Shown one piece after another: positions 57,901 through 64,000 of a stretch of 64,000 nucleotides of DNA. The stretch is from Candidatus Omnitrophota bacterium (GTDB taxonomy: Bacteria > Omnitrophota > Gorgyraeia > Duberdicusellales > 4484-171), in contig JBAWWL010000003.1 in NCBI GenBank assembly GCA_037146775.1, forward strand, positions 66,334 through 130,333, written 5' to 3'. The position numbers and the translations under genes were made by a program. Position 1 is the first letter of the stretch. Each line of letters begins with the position of its first letter. Below the pieces are notes generated by a model that saw only the letters and a program-made list of their open reading frames with translations, was not told where the DNA came from and did no database searches.

Positions 57901-59981
57901 ATGTCTTTCTAGTAATTAGTTGTTTAGTCGCGGTTAATAACGTAATAATGGCATTCTTTTTGATATTAAAGGGGAGCCACAAATCTATAAATAAGATTTT
58001 CAGTGCAATGTCTATCGCAATAGCCATATGGGGTTTTGCTGGGGTAATGATTTCTCTCACACCAAAATCTCAATATAATTCGGCATTATTCTGGTGGCAA
58101 TTTGCATATACAGGGATAATTTTCATCCCTGTATTTTATGTGCACTTCATCTTTACATTTCTAAATTTAAGGAGAAGATTTTTCATTATTTCTATGTATT
58201 TGATAGGGCTAATTTTATTATTTTTTAATTGGTATGATCATTCAAGGCTATTTTTAGGAGATTTTACATTTACGTTCAATCAATTCTATTGGCACGATTG
58301 GACAAAGTCACGAAGCGCTATATATTTAACTTTTTATATCAGTTTTTATTGGTTATTACTTACATATGGATTTGTATATCTTTTATTTAGCTTTATTAAG
58401 ACACGAATTGTTGTACGTAACCAATTCAAATATATCATAATAGGTTCAATCGTTGGTTTGATCGGAGGGCAGTCTAACTTTTTTCCAGATTTTGATTTAA
58501 AAATATACCCTTATCTTAATTTCTTGACCGCCTTTTACGTTCCTATTCTTGCCTATGGTATACTGCGGTATCGTGTGATGGATATTCGTGTTGCTCTTTC
58601 TCGCGCGGGGATATTTATTTTTATTTATGCTTTCATCCTGGGATCACCGCTATGGTTTGGAGCAAAAACAGGCCTTTGGGTTTGGGCAGTATTAATGATG
58701 GGCGTTTTATCCACTATAGGCCCATTTATATACAGCTATTTACGCCAGCAAATAGAAAATGCTCTTTTCAAAGAACAGCAGCGTTATCAAAAGGCGATAC
58801 GCGAGCTGGCTAAGCGAATGACCCAGATAAGAGAATTAGATAAGCTCTTTGTGGAAATCGTAGCGGAAGTTTATGCTGTTGTTCAACCGCAATTTATCGC
58901 TCTTTATACTTTTTCTAGCGCAGAAAAGGTATATACGTTGAGCCGTCATCATCTGCCGATTGATTATGCTTTTGACAAACAAATTTTGCTTAACTCTCAG
59001 CTTATTGCAGTATTTTCTAAACACAAGCGTCCGATGTTGGCGGAGAGCGCCAGTACCGCGAATTTTCCTCTGGAAACATTACTTGTGCCTTATTTTAGTG
59101 AGGGTCGTCTTTTTGGTTTTTTAGTGTTGGGCCAGAAGTCAACCAAATTGATGTATACAGATTCTGATTTTGTTACTTTTGATATACTTTCTTCGCAGGT
59201 TTCTTTAGCTATTGAAAACTGCCTTTTTTGGCAGGAAGAGAAAACCCGGCTCGCTAAAGAAGAGCAAATCAGGCGCCAGCGGGCGATGGATCATTTTAGC
59301 GCTTCATTGGCTCACGAAATAGATAATCCCATTTTTGCGGTAACCGGAATAGCAGAAGTGGTGAAGGTGGTTATAATGGAGGATTTAAAAAGTTATATTC
59401 CGCAAGATAAATTAGATTATCTTTCCGATAGGCTCAGCCGCATCAACCATGACCTTTTAAGAATCTCTAAAATGATAAAGGCAATCAGGGAATTTTCTTC
59501 ACAAACTAAAGGTGAGCAGGTGATTTTGGATTTGGACGAGGTCTTAAGCGGTTTTTTTAGTATTGTTGAGCCGCAGTTTAAGTATGAGGGTATTGTTTTC
59601 GAGAAAGAAGTAGAAACAGGCATAAAGATAAAGGGAAATAAAATCCACCTGGAAGAAGTTTTGGTAAATTTTTCCACCAACTCTATCCACGCGGTAAAAT
59701 ATAACAATAAAAAAGAAAAAAGAATATCACTCACCGTACGTAAAAACAGCCCCGCGACATTTTTGGTAGAATTTAAAGATAATGGATATGGGATAAAACA
59801 GGAATTATTAGAAGATATTTTTCTTGATTTTGTTACCACTAAGGCTTCGAGTGAAGGTAGTGGTATCGGGCTTGGGAGAGTGAGAAAGATAATTGAAGAT
59901 CACGGCGGTAAAGTTTGGGCGTCTTCGCAAGGAGAAAACACCGGTTCCGCTTTTTTTATCGAAATGCCGGCGCAGTTATAA
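57897..59981 (+). CDS. Sensor histidine kinase: N-terminal 7TM(+) sensor, GAF-like linker, HisKA/HATPase
   Basis: TM-rich N-terminus ending YGILRYRVMDI; H-box LAHEIDNP, N-box, DNGYGI, FVTTK, GSGIGL. Confidence 0.9.
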   Translation: MNVFLVISCLVAVNNVIMAFFLILKGSHKSINKIFSAMSIAIAIWGFAGVMISLTPKSQYNSALFWWQFAYTGIIFIPVFYVHFIFTFLNLRRRFFIISMYLIGLILLFFNWYDHSRLFLGDFTFTFNQFYWHDWTKSRSAIYLTFYISFYWLLLTYGFVYLLFSFIKTRIVVRNQFKYIIIGSIVGLIGGQSNFFPDFDLKIYPYLNFLTAFYVPILAYGILRYRVMDIRVALSRAGIFIFIYAFILGSPLWFGAKTGLWVWAVLMMGVLSTIGPFIYSYLRQQIENALFKEQQRYQKAIRELAKRMTQIRELDKLFVEIVAEVYAVVQPQFIALYTFSSAEKVYTLSRHHLPIDYAFDKQILLNSQLIAVFSKHKRPMLAESASTANFPLETLLVPYFSEGRLFGFLVLGQKSTKLMYTDSDFVTFDILSSQVSLAIENCLFWQEEKTRLAKEEQIRRQRAMDHFSASLAHEIDNPIFAVTGIAEVVKVVIMEDLKSYIPQDKLDYLSDRLSRINHDLLRISKMIKAIREFSSQTKGEQVILDLDEVLSGFFSIVEPQFKYEGIVFEKEVETGIKIKGNKIHLEEVLVNFSTNSIHAVKYNNKKEKRISLTVRKNSPATFLVEFKDNGYGIKQELLEDIFLDFVTTKASSEGSGIGLGRVRKIIEDHGGKVWASSQGENTGSAFFIEMPAQL

Positions 59982-60043
59982 ACAATAAGTTCTAAATAAT
60001 TGTACTATTCATGAGTCAAGTTTACACTTTATGTATTACTAAT

Positions 60044-60232
60044 TTCGTTTATCGTCTATCGGGTGCTCGCCTCGCTAAAGCTTCAGCGAAGCGGGCGCGA
60101 CTCGTTTCGGTTGCGTTAATCGTCAACCGGCTTTGTTTCTTATGATATTTCTGACTCAACCGTTATACGATAGACGATACGAGCTGCGCCTGCCTCGCCG
60201 GCAAGGCGGGCAACCGTTTAACGCATAACGAG
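60044..60232 (+). repeat. Inverted heptamer arrays (ATCGTCT/AGACGAT type), each arm interrupted by a GC-rich palindrome
   Basis: ttcgtttatcgtctatcg [60065-60096 palindrome] ...gcgttaatcgtcaac / aaccgttatacgatagacgatacg [gcctgcctcgccggcaaggcgggc] aaccgtttaacgcataacg. Confidence 0.7.
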
Positions 60233-60318
60233 ACAGAAAGCTGTAAACACATCTATCGAATTATACACACAACTTAAAACTTATAACTTACAATTAGCAT
60301 TCTTGCGAGGAGGTAACT

Positions 60319-60705
60319 ATGGAGAAAAGAAGGATTCTTGTGGTTGATGACGAAGAAGATATTTGTATTTTTCTCAAAGACATATTAGCCCGCGTCGGAT
60401 TTGAGGTTTATACTGCGTTAAGCGGGCAACAGGCTATGGAGATTTTTAAGAAGTATAAGCCGCATGCGTGCATTATTGACGTGCATATGCCATTTTCCGA
60501 ATATGACGGTATAGAAGTCTTGAGGCGCATTAAAGAGCTCGATAAAAAAACCAACTGTGTTATGATAACGCGTATTGATGATGATGAAAAAATAACCGAA
60601 GCAGCGTCTTTGGGGGCGCAAGAGTATTTAATAAAACCTGTGCGCTTGGAAAAGCTAAAAGAATTGGCAGAATCTTTGAAGGCTGACACCCCTTCGAAAA
60701 AATAA
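60319..60705 (+). CDS. Single-domain response regulator (receiver)
   Basis: ILVVDDE, IDVHMP, MIT, YLIKP; SD GAGGAGG. Confidence 0.9.
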   Translation: MEKRRILVVDDEEDICIFLKDILARVGFEVYTALSGQQAMEIFKKYKPHACIIDVHMPFSEYDGIEVLRRIKELDKKTNCVMITRIDDDEKITEAASLGAQEYLIKPVRLEKLKELAESLKADTPSKK

Positions 60706-60706
60706 T

Positions 60707-62059
60707 ATGAATAATCTTTTCAATACAGATAAAATTTATTCTGTTTCGGAGCTGAATAATACCGTCAAACAGCTGATTAGGCAAGAGTTTCCCAGTCACG
60801 TCTGGGTATGCGGAGAAATCCAGGATTTGAGAGATCGTGGTATTATCAATTTAAACCTGGTTCAGAAACATGCTGCGTTTGATGAAATCGTTGCCCAGGT
60901 AAAAGCGGTCATTTTTGAGAACGTAAAACCGCAGATTATCAGGCGGATTAAAGAAACCGAGGGCAGTTTTGAGTTAAAGAAAGATATTGAAGTAAAATTA
61001 CTCTGTAAAGTTGATTTATATGTCAAGACCGGCCAATTCAGTTTAACGGTTGTCGACATTGACCCTGTCTATACGATTGGGAAAATTGCCCAAGGCCGGC
61101 AAAAAATTATCGAGGAGTTACGCACGAAGGGCCTCTTAGAAAGGAATAAGCAACTGCGTATGCCCAGCCTACCTTTACGCATAGGCCTGATTACTTCGAG
61201 CGACTCAGCCGCTTATCACGATTTTATCGATGAGTTGAAAAAAAGTAGCTACGGTTTTAAGGTTTTTTTATACGATAGCTACATGCAAGGAGCGCAAAGC
61301 GAACAGAGCGTTCTTGCCGGTTTAAGTATTTTTAATAGTTTAACCGAAGAAGAGCTGGATATTATTTTGATTGCTCGCGGCGGAGGCTCTACCGCGGATT
61401 TAAGCTGGTTTGATAATAAAAAGATCGCTGAGGCAGTTGCTCTTTCGCGCTTTCCGGTTCTTTCCGCTCTTGGCCATCAAATAAACACTACTATTACCGA
61501 TATGGTCGCGCATACGTCGGTCAAAACTCCCACTAAAGGTGCACAAGTATTAGTGGAAGCAGTACAAATATTCTTGCAACAGGTCACGGACCTTGAAAAA
61601 GAAATTTGTTTTCAAGCCGAGAATTTTGTTGAACGCAAGAAAAAAGCTCTAGAAAACGCAGTGCTGAAAATTGATTCCGGCCTTTTGCGGTATTTTCGCC
61701 TGCATAGAGACCAGCTGCGCGACGGCCAACTACAAGTGAATAACTTTGCGCAACGTTTTTTGACAGCTCAGAAGCAGCAACTTTGTGCTAATTTTGATAT
61801 GTTAAAACTACGCGCGGATACGTTATTTAAAAACTGTCGCGACGAGATACAGTTTAGGCAAGATAAAGTCCGTTTGCTTGACCCCAGGCATATTCTCAAG
61901 CGAGGCTATTCTGTAACCCTTCAAAATGGTAAGGCATTGAAATCCGTTGACAATGTTACAGAAAATGATATTATTAAAACTCTTCTTTTTGATGGGATGC
62001 TGGAGTCCAGGGTGACAGAAAAGGCAAGAGAACATGAGCAAGAAAACGATAAAATATAG
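60707..62059 (+). CDS. xseA: Exodeoxyribonuclease VII large subunit
   Basis: YSVSELN, VWVCGEI, ARGGGS, ALGHQ, TPT, ILKRGYS. Confidence 0.92.
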   Translation: MNNLFNTDKIYSVSELNNTVKQLIRQEFPSHVWVCGEIQDLRDRGIINLNLVQKHAAFDEIVAQVKAVIFENVKPQIIRRIKETEGSFELKKDIEVKLLCKVDLYVKTGQFSLTVVDIDPVYTIGKIAQGRQKIIEELRTKGLLERNKQLRMPSLPLRIGLITSSDSAAYHDFIDELKKSSYGFKVFLYDSYMQGAQSEQSVLAGLSIFNSLTEEELDIILIARGGGSTADLSWFDNKKIAEAVALSRFPVLSALGHQINTTITDMVAHTSVKTPTKGAQVLVEAVQIFLQQVTDLEKEICFQAENFVERKKKALENAVLKIDSGLLRYFRLHRDQLRDGQLQVNNFAQRFLTAQKQQLCANFDMLKLRADTLFKNCRDEIQFRQDKVRLLDPRHILKRGYSVTLQNGKALKSVDNVTENDIIKTLLFDGMLESRVTEKAREHEQENDKI

Positions 62060-62261
62060 CGAAGCCGTCAGCGAATTAAACACTATTTTAGACGGTTTGG
62101 AGGCTGAGCAGGTAGATGTTGATGAGGTTTCGGTTAAGGTGAAACGGGCCATCGAACTGATCAAGTTTTGCCGGGAAAAAATCGAGCATACCGAACTAGA
62201 AGTGCGTAAGATCGTAAAGGAATTCGAAAAAGATCCCAGTAAGGATCAAGAGCATACGTAA
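62034..62261 (+). CDS. xseB: Exodeoxyribonuclease VII small subunit
   Basis: YSEAVSELNTILDGLE...LIKFCREKI; follows xseA. Confidence 0.9.
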   Translation: MSKKTIKYSEAVSELNTILDGLEAEQVDVDEVSVKVKRAIELIKFCREKIEHTELEVRKIVKEFEKDPSKDQEHT

Positions 62262-62283
62262 ACACGGTTAAGGAGGAAGTATC

Positions 62284-63261
62284 ATGTTTTCCCTGAATAT
62301 GCGAATGTCTATCTTGGTAATTATTCTCTTTAGCATTCTTTATGCAGTCGGCTCATTAATCATGTACTATGGTTTTGGGGTAAGCGGTTTTGCTCCCCAG
62401 ATAGTGCTGGCCTTGGCAATTGCACTTATTCAATATCTCGTTGGCCCAAAAATCGTAGAAATGGTTATGCAGGTAAAATATATCAACAAGGCTGATGCCC
62501 CGTGGCTGTTTGAAATGGTCGAAGAGCTCGCGCGTAAAGCTAACCTTCCTACCCCGAAAATAGGCATATCGTATATAAATGTCCCCAACGCTTTTGCCTT
62601 CGGCCGCGGCGTAAAAGACGGCCGAGTTTGTGTTACCAAGGGGATTATGGATTTGTTGAACCATGAAGAATTGAGAGCGGTGCTGGGCCATGAGTTGTCC
62701 CATATTAAGAACCGCGATGTTTTGTTTATTACTTTTCTCTCGGTTATCCCGTTGATTCTTTATCGGTTATTTTTCCAGCTGACCTTTTTTGGCGGTTATT
62801 CGCGCAGGCGCGAGAATGGAGGGTATGCCGCATTATTAGGGATAGCGGCTTTCCTTTTTTATTTTATCACTAATTTGCTGGTTCTCTATGCTTCGCGCAT
62901 TCGGGAATACTTTGCCGACAAGGGTTCGATAATGCTGGGCAATTCCCCCGCGGTTATGGCCACTGCCCTTTATAAGCTGGTATATGGGGCGGCTAAAACT
63001 CCGAAAGAGGAATTGAAACAGGTGGAAGGAGTAAAAGCATTTTTCTTGAATGATTTATCCAAGGCTAGACAGGAAATAAACGAATTAGCCGAGCTAGACT
63101 TAGATAGAAGCGGTACCATAGATCCCTATGAGCTGAGAAGCCTTAGGGAGAAGCCGATACATTTAGGTTTTGCGGATAGGGCGATGGAATTGCTGAGCAC
63201 GCACCCGAATATGCTAAAAAGGATCAAGCATCTTTCGCAGTATACTCGGACCGGTGCCTAA
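62284..63261 (+). CDS. htpX: Zinc metalloprotease HtpX (M48)
   Basis: PNAFA, GHELSH, SRIREYFAD, STHP. Confidence 0.9.
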   Translation: MFSLNMRMSILVIILFSILYAVGSLIMYYGFGVSGFAPQIVLALAIALIQYLVGPKIVEMVMQVKYINKADAPWLFEMVEELARKANLPTPKIGISYINVPNAFAFGRGVKDGRVCVTKGIMDLLNHEELRAVLGHELSHIKNRDVLFITFLSVIPLILYRLFFQLTFFGGYSRRRENGGYAALLGIAAFLFYFITNLLVLYASRIREYFADKGSIMLGNSPAVMATALYKLVYGAAKTPKEELKQVEGVKAFFLNDLSKARQEINELAELDLDRSGTIDPYELRSLREKPIHLGFADRAMELLSTHPNMLKRIKHLSQYTRTGA

Positions 63262-63363
63262 ATATAGCCTTTTGATACAATTCATAACATATTGTCCTGC
63301 AATAAGTTAACCTTGAAGTGTCGCCAAACAACAATTTTATTTTTATTATCTATTAAATTGGGG

Positions 63364-63400
63364 TTGACAGAAAGGGGACAAAAAGGTATTATATAATACC
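63364..63400 (+). promoter_or_regulatory. sigma70 promoter directly before rpsO, overlapped by a perfect 16-bp palindrome
   Basis: TTGACA 63364-69, 17 bp, TATTAT 63387-92; GGTATTATATAATACC 63385-63400; ATG at 63401. Confidence 0.7.
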
Positions 63401-63664
63401 ATGTTAGCAAAAGATAAAAAGAAAAATTTAATTGAGAAATTCAAGGAGCACACGCAGGACACTGGTTCTTCTTCCGTGCAGATCGCATTGCTTACTCAGA
63501 GAATCAGCGATTTGACCGAGCACCTTAAAAAACACAAAAAAGACTTCCATTCACGCCGGGGTCTTTTGATGCTGGTAGGAAGACGTCGGCGTCTAATCAC
63601 TTATCTCAAGAAAAAAGATCCACAGGCCTATAATGAAGTCGTAAAGGATCTTAACCTCAAATAA
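63401..63664 (+). CDS. rpsO: 30S ribosomal protein S15
   Basis: [34 protein letters not shown]. Confidence 0.97.
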   Translation: MLAKDKKKNLIEKFKEHTQDTGSSSVQIALLTQRISDLTEHLKKHKKDFHSRRGLLMLVGRRRRLITYLKKKDPQAYNEVVKDLNLK

Positions 63665-63665
63665 A

Positions 63666-64000
63666 ATGAGCTTTTCTCTTACCCTTTCTAATTTAGGAAA
63701 AGACCCTCTTACCTTTTCTACGGGAGAGTGGGCTAAGCAAGCCAACGGCAGCGTAAATGCTTCTTATGGCGATACCGTTGTTCTTGCCACTGTCTGCATG
63801 GCTCAAGAGCCTAAAGAAGCGAGAAATTTCCTACCTTTAACTGTCGAATACCAGGAAAAAACCTATGCGATGGGCAAAATTCCCGGAGGCTTTCTCAAGC
63901 GGGAAGGCCGGCCCAAAGACGAAGAAATATTGAATGCCCGCCTTATCGACCGTCCCCTAAGGCCACTTTTTCCTAAGGGATTAGTCAATGAAATCCAGAT
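63666..64000 (+). CDS. pnp: Polyribonucleotide nucleotidyltransferase, 5' part (runs off the window)
   Basis: Translated by hand: AKQANGSV...YGDTVVLAT...[29 protein letters not shown]...[12 protein letters not shown]. Confidence 0.95.
   Translation, partial: MSFSLTLSNLGKDPLTFSTGEWAKQANGSVNASYGDTVVLATVCMAQEPKEARNFLPLTVEYQEKTYAMGKIPGGFLKREGRPKDEEILNARLIDRPLRPLFPKGLVNEIQ

Overview
Bacterial chromosome window, AT-rich. The gene content and small palindromic repeats are reminiscent of Candidatus Omnitrophota/PVC-type genomes, which is an inference only. About 1-56,650 is one large, almost entirely + strand cell-surface glycan locus. It holds nucleotide-sugar genes (Uxs-like, Gmd/Rmd-like, WbpB/D/E-like), a block of GT-C membrane glycosyltransferases with two polyprenol-phosphate glycosyltransferases, and a pseudaminic-acid-like pathway (pseB, pseC, SpsF, NeuB/PseI, PseG) with unusual tailoring enzymes. 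It also has a flippase, GT2/GT4/GT9 transferases, a WcaJ-type priming transferase and an O-antigen ligase-like gene. After it come an SDR/7TM histidine kinase/response regulator module and housekeeping genes (xseA, xseB, htpX, rpsO, start of pnp). The most notable non-standard feature is a family of paired, inverted, short-period (6-9 bp) degenerate tandem arrays. One pair brackets a four-helix-bundle (IVS/Avd-like) gene, one is an 'empty' copy of the same pair, others sit at gene junctions, and two pairs are inserted in frame at the same loop of two different DegT-family aminotransferases. The window also shows nested IS200/IS605-like MITEs and palindromes, gene-acquisition scars, a BldC/Xis-like regulator with 10-bp direct repeats, and apparently leaderless genes. 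No rRNA, tRNA, CRISPR array, transposase, integrase or reverse transcriptase was recognised.
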